Origin: Vicugna vicugna | Lineage: Eukaryota | Length of the DNA stretch: 62,000 nt | NCBI GenBank assembly: GCA_013265495.1 | Contig: MU058584.1 | Span: forward strand, 1,896,616 to 1,958,615 | Reading direction: 5' to 3' | Part shown: positions 12,296 through 25,279 of the stretch, piece after piece | Position numbering within the stretch: position 1 is the stretch's first letter | Layout: each line of letters starts with the position of its first letter | The notes under the pieces: model-generated | The model's input: the letters and a program-made list of their open reading frames with translations, nothing else | Databases searched by the model: none | Told to the model about the DNA's origin: nothing | Translations under genes and position numbers: made by a program

Positions 12296-12946
12296 CTTTT
12301 CTCGAGGTGGGGGGATAACAAAATAAGCTGGGCGCTGGTGAGTAGCACCTGTTCACTTTCCATCCTTGATAACCCTGGTACCCGGCTGAGGGCTGCACAG
12401 GTACACGCAGAAGGGTGAGTAGCCACCAGCCTGGAGCTTTATCCTATAATGCGAGGGTATTGAGGCCAACTTTGTTAGGAAAAAAGTTGAAGAGAGAGTG
12501 CCAACACCTATTTCCTAAATCGTTCAACTGGAAGGAACCTTCAGAGGCCATTTGCTGCCTGTCTTCCAGGAGTAAATATTGTTCTGTCTTTTGGATGGGA
12601 AAAATCAGAACCAGAAAATACAGAAGTAACTTCGCCAATGAGCAGCTGAGAGCAGAAGAAAAGCCAAGCCTTCTTCTACCTCTGTGTTATGAAGGCTGCA
12701 ACCAGCTTGTCCAGCCTCTCTTTTGTCCCCCAGACTCTTGCCCAGATCTGGTTCTGGGGGAATCCATCCACCATGGTTGCAAGAACTGGAGGGAATGGGA
12801 GGGGTTGAGAGCGGAGGGCCGAACGGCCCTTCCACAGGGAGTCTAGGCTGGCCTCACCCAACCTTGTTCCCTTTCTACTCTTACTCCCCTCTCTACCGTC
12901 TCCTGCATTTGGCCTGGCTCTCAAAACAGGTACATAAAGCCATCTA

Positions 12947-13313
12947 GATATCACTTGTATGTGGAATCTTAAAAAATGACACAAATGAACTTGTTTACAA
13001 AGCAGAAACAGACTCACAGATGTAGAAAACAAACTATCGATATCATGGGGGAACGCAGGGGGTGGCGGAGAGATAAACTGGGAGACCAGAATTTGCAGAT
13101 ACTAGCTACTATACATAAAATAGATAAAAAAACAAGGTCCGACTGTGTAGCATAGGGAACTATATTCAATGCCTTGTAATAACCTGTAATGATAAAGAAT
13201 ATGGAAAGGAATATCTGTATATATTCCTGAATCACTATGCTGTACACTAGAAATTAACACAACATCGTAAACTGACAATGCTTCAGTTAAAAAATAAAAT
13301 AAATGAAAAAATT
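12947..13313 (+). mobile_element. 5'-truncated L1 3' end
   Basis: L1 3'UTR text (gtggaatctt...tagcatagggaactatattcaat...) with A-rich tail; TSD aagccatcta at 12937-12946 and 13314-13323. Confidence 0.92.
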
Positions 13314-14659
13314 AAGCCATCTAAGAATGCTCCCCTAAAAACTAGCTAGCGAGGAAGCCAAAGACACCCACTGCGGCAGGGTAGCCTACTGCTCTCTCAT
13401 TGCTCTGGAACTCGTGTTCGTGTCGGTAACAGCAAAGATGATAACAGAAATACACGGTCACCAGCATCACCTTCCATTTGACTTGGTGATGGTTCGTGGA
13501 GAAGAAACAGCCAGCCTGCTCCCAAGCACACCATAGTCCCCTAGGCCAGTGGATCATTTCCCGCCTCCCCGAAACCCTCCACAGAGGAGGTATCCTGCTG
13601 CCGCTCATCACTCGCTCCCTGCTGGGAGCAGAGAGGAAGTGAGTGGAACGGAGACAGCATCTTCCTCCGTGTTCCCCCGGGCCTGCTGAGTACAGAGGCA
13701 TCAGCAGGTGCTCAGCTCTTCCTTCCCATCCCATTTGTAAGAGGAAAATGAGATGGAGGAACAGAGTCAAGAGGCCCCCGTTCCCTCCTTTGTGTTGATC
13801 ACTGCGCACCATCACCTCGGTCATCGCAGAAGAGGTGAGCAGAGAGCACAGGCTTGAACCGGGAAACCTGCCGTCCGAGCAGGAAGAGGCCTGCGACATG
13901 CTGTCTAATTTCCAGCCTCCCAGTTGCCCAGGCAGACCTCCTCCCCTGAATTCAGTTCTTCCTAAATGAGGGGAGCAGGGAGGGGGTGTCTCCTGCTGGC
14001 AGAGTGTTGAAAGCACGATCCATGACATAGGCCTGGGAGGAAGATTTTGCTGGGGAAACGCAAGAGCTTCAGTATTTTGCACACCAAGCTTGTCTTCTAA
14101 TGACAGCCTTGGGAGCCAGACATTTCTAAGTGCTAATTAGAGGTGTTGATTATCGTGGTAACCCTGTGGGGGCTCAACTCAAGCCCGAGAGCAAAAGCCA
14201 CAGATACAATAAAGATTGTTACAATCGCTCTGAGTGTCACTTGAGCATCAATACCGGAATGTCAATGTTCAGGCACAATCCAATCTGAGACTCGGGCTAC
14301 TGCAGTGACAGAGGCCCAGGCTGATGCACGGGCTGTCACAGGATGCACAACGTGCAGTTCTGATAGAGGGACGGATCCTCCACCCTAATCCATCAGCTAA
14401 AACTCAGCAGGACTCAGGTATAAAGAGATCGACATATGACAGGATTTCATTACAAACGTGAGCAAAAGTCATGGAGATGGGGCACACAGAGATCTTCTCT
14501 GTTGGAGTTGGCGAGCTGTTTTAAGACACAGTATGCTACATGTATATTTATGACCTTTAAATGTGTACTTATTTTGACACACACACACGATGTTTGATGT
14601 TTCCTAGAGAGGAGCTATTTGAGTTATTGATTTACTCTCACATCACATCCATATCTTTT

Positions 14660-14887
14660 TAAAATTTTTTTAAATTCTTATTTTTTGTTGAAGTGTAGTT
14701 AATTTACAACATTAGTTTCAGGTGTACAGCAAAGCAATTCAGTTGTACATATACATACACATTTTTTTCAGATTCTTTCCCATTATAGCTCATTACAAGC
14801 AACTGAATATAGTTCCCTGTGCTATACAGTAGGTCCTTGTTGCTTATCTCTTTTATGTATAGTAATGTGTATCTATTCATCCCCAAA
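14660..14887 (-). mobile_element. 5'-truncated L1 3' end
   Basis: Reverse-complement L1 3'UTR; perfect 16-bp TSD cacatccatatctttt at 14644-14659 and 14888-14903. Confidence 0.93.
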
Positions 14888-14999
14888 CACATCCATATCT
14901 TTTAACAGCTTCATGACTGTATTGGAAAGAGAATGAGAATCAGAAAGAAGTCTTGAGGATGAGTGTTAGTCTGAGGGGCAGCCAGGCCCTGGGCCAAGA

Positions 15000-15750
15000 G
15001 CTGAGGCTCTAGGATCCATAGAGGGTTGAGGACCAACTCCAACACTCCTACATATGCTTTGTAAACCTCAATTTTCTCTTCTGCAAAATGGGGATAATAC
15101 TAACCCCTACCTCAAAAGATTTTGGAGGATTCAATAAAACAATGACTCACAGACTCCTAGCATTGTACCTAGCATTGATGGAGATTAAGTCTCTTGGCCT
15201 TTTTTGGCCTTATATTCCTCATTTGGAATAAACAGAAAATAATAATACTTACTTTTAGAATCATTTCAAGGATTAAGTAGGAAGATCTACTGGTGAGTCA
15301 TTATGAGTTTACAAAAGACAGTACGGATTATTATAAAGACAACCTAAGTTGTCGTCTGTTTTGAGGCAAGATATCCAGCCAAAGCCCAGACCAGGATCTT
15401 TTCCTTTGAGTCCACAGCTTGCTGCGTGACCTTGGAGAAGGGGCAGCCCCTTCCTTCTTTTCATCTGGATGCTGACTTAACAAAAGTTCAGAATTCAAAC
15501 GAGATAATGCATGCGTAACTTGTCACCTGTAAAGCACTTATATACACACCTATCTTGCGGTGCAGTAGACTTTGAAGCTGGGCAGACCCACCCAGATGCA
15601 GCTTCATTCCCACTATTTACCAGTTCTCTTCTCTTGAGCAAGTTACTTAAGTACCTTTCATTCTGGAATGAGGACAATAATACCTTCCTCAAAGGTCATA
15701 TACAAAACATCCAGCATCAAACCTGGGACGGAGAATCTAATAAATATCTG
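15000..15750 (+). mobile_element. Cluster of MIR remnants
   Basis: Several MIR cores (ctgcaaaatgggataatac; gctgcgtgaccttggag; cttgagcaagttacttaag...ggaatgaggacaataatacc). Confidence 0.6.
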
Positions 15751-18700
15751 TTCTCCCTGACACTTGCTCACTGGGTGGTCCTGATTAAGACAACGGGGAT
15801 ACCTCATCCCTCTGCAAAGGGGAAAGAAGGCAAGCTTAAACAAGTATCAATGTGACCCCCACACCGTGATGTGGAGGGGTGTACTGAGAGGCATGCAAAA
15901 GTACAAAAGAGAGAGAAGAAATCACGCTCAGCCCTGCGTGCAGACGGCAAAGCCCTGGACATGGTGCCCTATCCCTGATCTAACAGACCCAGGAGGGAGC
16001 GTGGCAGGGATGGAGAAGGGCAGAGCCAGCTAGTCATTTTTTTCTGCTGAGACATTCCCTAGCTGCTTAAACCCTCCCTTTATCCCCAGAGCTTACATTT
16101 CTCAACACCAGCAATCTGTACCTTGAAGTCACTTTACTCTGCTGGGAGGCATAAATCTGGCCTCCTCGGAGTCCACTGTAGCAAATTGCTAGCACCTTTT
16201 CAGACACAAAGGAGAAAATCAAGGTTGACTGCAAAATTCTTCTAGTGGCTTTGAGAAAGTCTTCCTACTAGAGTTCAATGGACAAGCATTCTTTGAGGTA
16301 TGCTCTACAAAATGCTAGTTACAAGAGTTTTTTTTATTAAAAAAGGACTATTTTATGGTCAAAAGTTGGCAAAAACACTGCATGAGATGTCCCCTTTTTT
16401 GAGACTGACAGTCAGCATTGGCTTATTATTAGAGAGGGAATCTGGTAAAGCAACTTCTGTGTGCTGGTTGGTGTTCACTAAGCTGAGTGGACAGTGGACC
16501 CCATTTTCCAAAGAACACCTGTAAAAGTCTATGAAACTGCTCTCAAGGACGGCACCTTTGGCAAACATTCTAAGACTGTTTTATCCCATTGATTCAAACT
16601 TCCATTTAGGTTCTGATGAGTTCTTAACAGGCAGAGGATGTTCAGTCAGCCTCTGTTAAATGAAGAGATCTCACAAGGGATTAGCCATTTGGCAAACAGT
16701 AGGCAAGTACTCTATGTTGGTTAATGTGACACCACAGACAGTCCATGAACTATCACCCCACAAATATTTATCCAACGCATACACCCTTTGCTGTGAGATG
16801 AGTGGTTTCACGCAAGACAATCTGTTACTATAACACAAAAAAATTCAAAGCGCTCAGCCTTGACTTGGTCCAATTCCGGACAAATCTGTCGGTTTGTTTG
16901 TTCCTAGGTCACTCGTCCCTGTAGCCACATAGGAGGAGGGTTGCCATCTATGAGACGTGTTTTGAAAGTGTCCTGATTTTCAATATTTACTCCATGTGTC
17001 TCATAAGCCACTGAAATGCACACACAGTCCCACCACTCCTGCATCCAAACTGCACTTCCTAGATTTCTCCTTTCACCTATTCTCAGTACAACTGTTCTTC
17101 ATCAGATTGCATGTCTTTATGTGAACGTCATATAGGACAGCCGCAGCTCTCACGGGCGACACCAAGGCAGAGTCCATGCCAGAGGAGTTCAGAGAAATCT
17201 GATCTCTGTCCCCAACGGTGATGGCAAGGAGAGATGCAATTTCACGACTCTCCGCCACTGTTTTTGTTTTATAAAATGTCATTTTGTGGTCGTTACCTGT
17301 AAGCCTCTGTGCATGCGTTTATGTGTGCTGAAGAAGATGACGTCAGTCTGGAAGGTAACGCACACCACAAGGTCCTCACATCAATGCAAATGTTGCCTTC
17401 CTTCCAAGGTCTTAGGGGAGCCAGCCGTGGTGGTGGCCGTGATGATTTACATTCCACAGGAAGGGTTAACCTCATCTCATGGCCACCGTGGTCTCAGGAC
17501 AACTTGTCAGCCCACAAGAACATCCCATAATGGATCTGAAGTGGATTGTGCAGCCCTTTGCAAGGTGGATGCTGTATTTATTGAATAGACATTAAAAAGA
17601 ACATTTCTCAATTTCTCAGCACTGAACTCAGGGTCAATGGATCTTCTTGGCACTGACGTGCTGAGTCAACTCCTAGCTCAAAGCTTTTAAAGGGACTGGG
17701 GTTAGATTAAAGGATTAGACTCCGTCTTGAATGTTTCCCTGGCAAAATCGTTGGGTCTTAAATCATTTATGTTGCCTTGCAGTGCTTTACTTGGCCTCTC
17801 ACTGCTAGCTTTCAAAGACACACACACGCACGCACACACAGAGACAACACACAAAGAGCATAACAACTCCTCTTCTGCAAAATTAAGTAAGTATTCTTTT
17901 TTTGCCTCTGAGAGGAAACTACTCCAGACTTATCAAATAGGTAAATTGCTGTGCCTTTAGTGATGATTGTAAGATGGTAGGAATGCCTGTGGACTCCGAT
18001 TAAATCTTCCACCCCTGAATGGAAACCAAGCCTGTGAGAGCCGTGCCCTCATATCCTGCCACATAGCTTTCCTTAATGAAGACCCAGCTGACTAATTGAC
18101 TTTGTCTAAGACGACCACGTTCCCTCTTGCACCTTAAGCATGCATCAGCCTCACTTCAGTATTCATTGGGATATCCACCCAAGCAGTCAATCATTGTCAC
18201 CTGTCACCCTGCTGGAACTTTGTGTACACACAACGCTATTCATTCATTGATGGCTTCTTACAAAAAAGAAAACAAGGCTTCCGTTCTCTTACATACTTTG
18301 CTCATGTACAATCAAGTGCATGTCAAACAAAACACACACATCCCTTTCATAGTTTTAAATAGACTAATATAAGAAGAATACGTGGCCTTTGGCTTTAAGC
18401 ACCTACGAACTCAGGGTCTATACACACGAGCCCAAACAAGAGGTGTTTGAGCCGGGCTGGAAGGGATAGTTCACAAGGTCACTGTATGTTGGAAAGAACG
18501 CAGGTTTTAGGAAAGGCCACCTGGTTTGAATTCTGCTTGCACACTTGTCATCTTGTTAGCTGTACTACAAACGCAAACAAAGCAAACATTCCTTTGTGAC
18601 AATGAAAGTTCAGCAAACGTTTAACTACCTCCAAGAATCACTAAGCCAAAATGTTAGTCTATTGATTGCCGAGAACCTCCTTCTCCCATCTAATTCTCAG

Positions 18701-20879
18701 TTGAAGTTAAAACAAATAGAAAAACAACCCAAAAAATGTGGCCCTGATGAGGTGAACATCAAAATGGGACAGAAGAGACCAGCAATGAACCCTCAAGTAC
18801 AAACAATGAACTCCAGGTGTTCCCCGTGGCTTCGTCTGCAGTGGTCCCCTACGGAAACCTTCCATGCCACCCGAGGTGCCTCTCTTGCTAACGTACCAAA
18901 GCACTTCCTCCTCCACTCTCTTCTCTAATGCCTTCCTCCCACTGGCTGTGCCCTTCCTCCTGACTCAGTAACCTCTTTCTCCTTTTCTCTGCCTACCCAA
19001 ATCCTAAATTTCCAACTGAGCCCAGTTTCTGTATCTCTCTAGTGAAGGCTTCTCTGACCACCATGGTCCCATTGGACCTGACTTCCTTCATAGGTTTGCA
19101 GTCACAATGTTTATCACTTTCCTATGAGGACATTTGTTATGACTTAGTTCCTCAACTAGACTGAGAACTGAACAAAAGCTATAGTCAAGTTTCATCTGTC
19201 TTATTTTTGCATCTGCATTTTGATCCATTTTCTCCCCCCTCCCAGAGAAACACACACGCACGCACACATGCACACACACACTCAAGACACTTTAACGTCC
19301 CCCATTTTTTCACTGACCAGTGTTTTGTTGAGGATGGGTGCCTAACAACGATGTGTTTCCTATTTGACCATGGTTCTTGTATAAAGTGTTCTCAACAATC
19401 TAGCACCCTCCCCTGTGCAGAGCTGGGTTCTCATGCCTTCAGCCTCAGTCCATCTCCACCCCAGGTCCTGGTGTTGACTCTATACTATGGGAACATTTAA
19501 TGAACTTTATATAATAATGCATTTGTAGCTTGTCCTGGTACCCAAGCTACTGCCTCATTTCTGTGAACAAGTTCCTACCCTGTATGCCAATATTGTACTT
19601 TTTTTATTTCAATGTGCTTAAAGGATTCTCAGAATCCTATGCAGTTCCTCATTCCAAGAAAGAGATCATCTGTAGCTCCTGGCAATTTTCTCCAAAAAAC
19701 TGCAGCCCTCCCCGAAAGACCTATCCCAAAGCTGGGTCACTATTAGATGCTCCCCACCTACTCGTCACCCTCTGCCCTCAAACTCCCTGATCTTTAATCC
19801 AGCCTCCACTGCACAAATGAGTCTTACTCCTGCCGGCTACTAAATATAAATTTCTCATGCCCCACTCCATTTCATCTTAACCTGCTCTCCGTGAGACTTC
19901 TCTCCCTGACTCTGGACTCCTACCTCCATATCCCAGCCCTTTGGTCTCCAAGAACTATTGATCTTTCTAGCTCCCTCAGCTCCCACACATCCATTGATCC
20001 ATTTTTCTGCATCTCCTAGCCTTAAGTACTGTTACCCTATGTTCCATGAGGACCATGCCGATTCCCGTATGCTCCCGTGAGGGGCAGGACTCGTAAATCA
20101 CCCATCACTATACTTTTTTGGACATCATGATTTACCTGCCTGTTTCTATTGCTTCTACAATTGATGTGGAGTCCACCTGCCCCAGGTTTCTGGTGTCCAC
20201 ATCCAGGTTGTCCCCACCCAGCTCTGACATCACCCCTGGTGCATACCCTGGGACTAGGTCTGGAGGAGCCACACTGACTTGAGCTCAGTGTGGTTTACTG
20301 AGCAGGAGTCTAGTCTATGGGCATCAATTAATTGTGTCATTTTTTGTGATTTGCTACATCTTCTCGTGGTCTCATAGACAGAAGGTGCCAATGACTTGTT
20401 CAGAACAATTTCAGTGATTGGTACCATTCAGACAGTGCCTGCGAGCTCAGTGAACCAGAAGCAATGCTCAGAGTTTTTACTGCAAAGTGACAGGGTCAAG
20501 AGTTTGTCACAGGGGCTAAAGAAAGGGAAAAAAACTCATAAGCAAACAGGCAGAATAAACACAAGATTGCTCCATAGTGGAAACAATTGTTATTCCCCCC
20601 GTGGGCCTAGTCTAATTCTCATTTCTCAAGGCTCCTTTGAGGCAGCCCAAGGGTCTTGCTCATAAACCTAGACACAGATGGCGATAATGTTAACTCTGTG
20701 TGTGCCAAACCACTGTCACATATCAGGCCACAGGAAAGCAAGCAATCGTTATCAGAACCCCAGGCACAAGTGAGTCAGTAAAAGAAACCCACTGCTAGGA
20801 AAGAAGTGAACCTGGGGTATTTCTGTTCGACTGTTTTCTTATGCAGCTCAAGTGTTCCATCTATTTCTGTCTTAGACTT

Positions 20880-22135
20880 AATGCATTCAGATTAGTGCTT
20901 TGGCCTTGAAGTCCATAAGACTAAGCTCCACTGCCTTGTCCCTGGTGTTTGAGTGTCTCCCTGTCCCTTTCTGAGATCCTGTCATCCCCACTAAATTCAT
21001 GGAATCCATCTCAATGATGGCATCTCCCACTGTCAATGCTGACCTCCAGAAAGCAACCACTGCAGAGACTTTCAAGGATGGTGATGCTTTCCTAACCAAT
21101 ATATTTCTCAGTGCCTGATGAAGGGAGTCCCTTCTGAACCCTACTGGGGGACAGAAGTGAGAGAGGATTATAGATTATACATAATAAAGCCACTCCAGCA
21201 TTCTTAGCTCCTTTTTCCATAGTATATCAAGAAAGTTCCAGCTTTTCATCTTCATTTAAGATTGAGTAGAAGTTCTGATCAGCCAGCAGAGGATATTGTG
21301 AAAGCTCCTTGCAAATGTTGAGATAACACATGTAATCTCTAATGAATGGCCCCATATCAATCAATTCAGCCCAGTCCATAAGTATATACTTCCTCCATGG
21401 TTTAACACACTTAGGGTCCAATTCTACACACGTTTCCCAGATATCTGCTTCACCTTCCATGGATTTTGTTATTTGAGGGGGCGGTTCCTGAAACCAGTCC
21501 CCAGGGATATGGGTGATGACTGTCTCTGGAGGCTCAATGAACTCAAATTTTTAAAAATCTACCCAAATGCCCCATTATAATCTCAAGATCCCATTCTTCC
21601 CTAATGAGGGTCTAACCTTAACATAGGAAGTCTATGGACTTGATTTGTATAACTCAGCTGTCCCCAGAATCAGAATCCAGTTTTGCTTTTCAGAAATTTC
21701 AGCCCGACATATCTGGATAGAACCATATCTAAATCTCTCTTTCCTTTAGGACAGCCATAGGAACTTTCTGGTTCTCTATTTGTACCTCGAGCTGGGAATT
21801 GGAAGTTTTCAGCTTTTGCTTTTCTTTCTCTAGACCGTCCAGTTCAGGAGGAAGCAGCCATCCCATCCCCACTACTCTTTTTGCACCATGAAATGCTACT
21901 AGCACAACAGCTTGGAGATCCCAAGCCCTGTCTTCCATAGCCACTTGACTCCAGGCAGCAGAAGGTGGTATTTAAGCAACCAGTGTATCATGCATGCTGT
22001 GGACTCTCAGTGATCCATTTTCCACTGGCGATGAAGTTATTACTTCCTCCAAATCTAACCAGATCAAAGAATGACTTTGTGAGTCCCATTTTTTAAAATT
22101 TTCTATTCCCCTGAAAACACTTCTGGTACAAAGCC
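20880..22135 (-). mobile_element. gag: Decayed ERV-L internal region: leader and gag, with frameshifts and stops
   Basis: Minus-strand peptides GWLLPPELDGLEKEKQKLKTSNSQL, ILMDWAELIDMGPFIRD and VRKASPSLKVSAVVAFWRSALTVGDAIIEMDSMNLVGMTGS follow the HERV-L gag order as I recall it; leader begins ggctttgtaccagaagtg directly after the LTR. Confidence 0.85.
21455..21523. mobile_element. MER2/Tigger terminal fragment inside the ERV-L gag
   Basis: ggattttgttatttgagggggcggttcctgaaaccagtccccagggatat...gactg resembles a MER2 end. Confidence 0.6.
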
Positions 22136-22624
22136 TGTTTCAGTTGGACCTCCATCAGAAAAACAGAAACCATGAAATGCATTTAGGATATTTAAAAAAA
22201 AAAAGTTTACTCTAGGAATTAGGGGGTTTATGTAATCTTTGGAAAAGCCAGAGGAGCAAAGATCAAGGAAACTGACCCTGATGATAACAGTGTGAAGCAG
22301 CAAAGTGTGTGATTCTCAAAAGCTTGCAGGAAACTGCTGAGAAGCTTGCAGTCTCAGCCCGCCACGGAATGGTTCTTAAGGGCTCACTGGGAAGCCATGA
22401 TGAATCTCACCTTTGCCACTGCATCTTGTACAATTGTGTCCAGAGAATAATGGCTTCTCCTTTCCCATCTTTCAAATCCTATGTGAGTTCTTTATGTTGG
22501 AAAAAATATATATATCTATCCTCGAACAACACAGGGAAAGGGATTCTGGGAAATGTAATTTTTGGCTTCGCTTCTCTAAAGCACATAGACCTTAGAAGGG
22601 GATGATGATGGTGCCTGGTTGACA
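22136..22624 (-). mobile_element. ERV-L 5' LTR (LTR33/41/50-like; subfamily uncertain)
   Basis: On minus strand starts TGTCAACC and ends ...aactgaaaCA next to the internal leader; contains aattacatttcccagaatccc. Confidence 0.7.
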
Positions 22625-22664
22625 ACAGACGATTCAGACCATTTGTTAGAGGAAATTAATCATT

Positions 22665-22887
22665 TTTAAGTTTTATTTTTAGTTGAAGTATAGTTGATTT
22701 GCAATATTAGTTTCAGGTGTACAGCAAAGTGATTCAGTTACCCATATACATACATATTTTTTCCAGATTCTTTTCAATTATACATTATTATGAGAAACTG
22801 AATATAGTTCCCTGTGCTATACAGTGGATCCTTGCTGTTTACCTATTTTATACATAGTAAGGTGTATATGTTAATCACACACTCCTA
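22665..22887 (-). mobile_element. 5'-truncated L1 3' end
   Basis: Perfect 15-bp TSD aggaaattaatcatt at 22650-22664 and 22888-22902. Confidence 0.93.
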
Positions 22888-22949
22888 AGGAAATTAATCA
22901 TTAAGGATAGAATTCCAGGCATTGGTTTGTAGACTATAAGGTTCATGTT

Positions 22950-23500
22950 TGGAGATGTCTAAGAATGTCTAACTCACAACATGCAGCTAAGGGATTGCCC
23001 ACTCAGATCAACACCTCTTCTGGCTCTCCTTCATGAGAAAAAAAATTCCCGGTGTAAGTTTCTGCAGATTCTGCCTCCAAGATAGTTCTCCAATAAGTCT
23101 ATATATTTCCATCTCCACTGCCACTACTCTAGCTCGGGTAACTGTCATTTCTCATCTAGAAAATCGTTTTACCTTCTTCCAGTTCTCTGTACCCAATCTG
23201 CTGTCTGCGTTGCAGCCAGAGATCTTTCTAAAGTGAAATCAGATAATGACACTTTCCTCCTTAAAATTCTTCCACTGGACCCATACCCTGCCCTGAGTTT
23301 CTTTCATACTAAGCTGACTTCAGTTCTTCAATTGTGTCGTAGTTTCTCTTCTCAAACATCATTTTGTCTGTTTAGTGTACCCTCTCCTCTTTCACGCTCC
23401 ATATCCAGCTCTCTTCTGACCTTCCTTTGGACACACGCTATTCATCCAAGTATTAATTTAGAGGCTGTTTCTTCTGTTAGCTTTTCTGAGTCTCAACCAC
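22950..23500 (+). mobile_element. L2 remnant
   Basis: tccatctccactgccactactctag...gcagccagagatctttctaaagtgaaatcagat. Confidence 0.7.
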
Positions 23501-25279
23501 TCTACTGGTTAAGACTATGATCATTTTTTTCCCCTTTAGCTTAAGCCTTATTCTAAGCCTGACCAAATGCTGTCCTGTAGTCCCAGCCTTTTGCTCCGGT
23601 CACTCCATCTCACCGTGAAACTATAAAAGGGGCAGGAAATGAGCCAAAGAGAGAAAAGAGAGAGTGCGCCCTTCCCTAACGGCTGAGGCCACACTGACAA
23701 TGGCCACCCAGGCTACACCTTCCCTCTCAATTGGGACCTGAGGTGCTTTTGAGGCATCTTAGCAAACAACGTCACGGGAAGGGAACTGAGCCTGGAGAGA
23801 GATTTAGAATGACCCAAAAGAGGGAGCTTGAGGACAGGAGTTTTAAAAAGTGTCCTCTTCCTCTTGTGAGCATGCCGAATGGCATGTCTACCACCCATTC
23901 AAAGAGTGGAATCAGCACAGTACCTCACGTCCAGCAGGCCCTTAAAAATACTTGTTGAATGAGTGGATACATGCAGAAATGGATGAGTAATGGAATAAGA
24001 AAGAATTGTTCCTTCTTGAATTTCTGTTAGAGTTTAGACTTTTGGACTAACAGTTTCCTCCAAAAGCCATCAGTGTCTACTGATGTGTCAGGTGGTTTAC
24101 ACCCTGAGTGCTGCGTGCATGTGTGTCACATCTGGTACTTCTTGCAGCATCCTTCTGTATCTCCTTTTGTGGTACCTTTTCTGTAACCAGGTGGACAAGT
24201 ATTTCTGTTGTCTGAAGCTTTTTGAGATCAATGCTTTGTCTCTGGTGCCTTGCAAAAAGACTGACACACGGTACACGTTCATAAATGTCTGTTGAATGAA
24301 AGACTGTTATTATAAAGAAAGATTATATTTTCTACATATTTGCATCTAAATATGTAATTTTGTGGATGGGAGTATAAACTGAGATGTTTTTACAATGTTT
24401 CAAAGAATAGAATTATTGGCAATGCAATTTTGAATGTGTCTATTCCTAAAGCTGGTTTATTTTTGTAATTGTTCTTTACTATTTCAATGTGATGGAAGGG
24501 TCTGTATCAAATCTCAATCTTTTTAAAAAAAATGGTTTCCATACGTAGCTATAATATTTTCGTTGTTCCTTTTGTTTTAGACGGAAGAGTTACCAAATGC
24601 AAGGACTAGAGCTAGCCATTGGCCTGAAGACTCATCCCTGTGGCACAACATAGACCTCTTCTCCAATGATGAGAAAGTTGGTACCTTCTTTGGTGTGTGT
24701 GTCTTTTTCTTAGACAGTCCTAGGTAAATGCTGCTGATCTGGGGCTCCTTGGAATCCTGTGTCTTACACTCTATGTCAGCTTCCTCTCCCTTTTAATTTT
24801 TCCAGATTGGGTGCAATAAAATGAATTAAGCATCCCCTTACAAAATTACAATTATATTCAGCCCTACCCCCCTTAGACGATACCCAGCACACTGGATTGG
24901 AATTTAGGCACCCTAGATGTTACCAGCACATAATTTTCTGACAGTCAAGTTTATTACCGCAGACGGCTAATCTCACCCATTACATGTAGTTCAGATATCA
25001 CTTGTTTGGGGTATCCGAGAACAAACCCAAGTTCCTCGTTCACATATCGTCGGTAGGAGGGGTACCCATGGTGTGCTACAGGCACTGCCGAGGCCCTTCA
25101 AGAGAGGCACAGGCAGGGCCGTTTTGTTCTTATCCCTGGCTGCATTTAGAGGCTTGCAAAAGGAGGATTCCCTGTTGACTTTTAAAATAGCAAGATGAAG
25201 ACGACGAAAGGATTCTGGAATCTAAAGTGACAAAACCAACACAAAGGTATTCTGATTCTTACACCTTTTCAAATCAGCA

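Noticed and set aside
13342..14082. Longest ORF (246 aa, minus)
   Set aside because: Non-ATG start, no recognisable family, composition like random moderately GC-rich DNA; BLASTP or PhyloCSF would settle it
16260..16990. Possible ancient hAT DNA transposon remnants
   Set aside because: Similarity too weak to assign family or boundaries by eye
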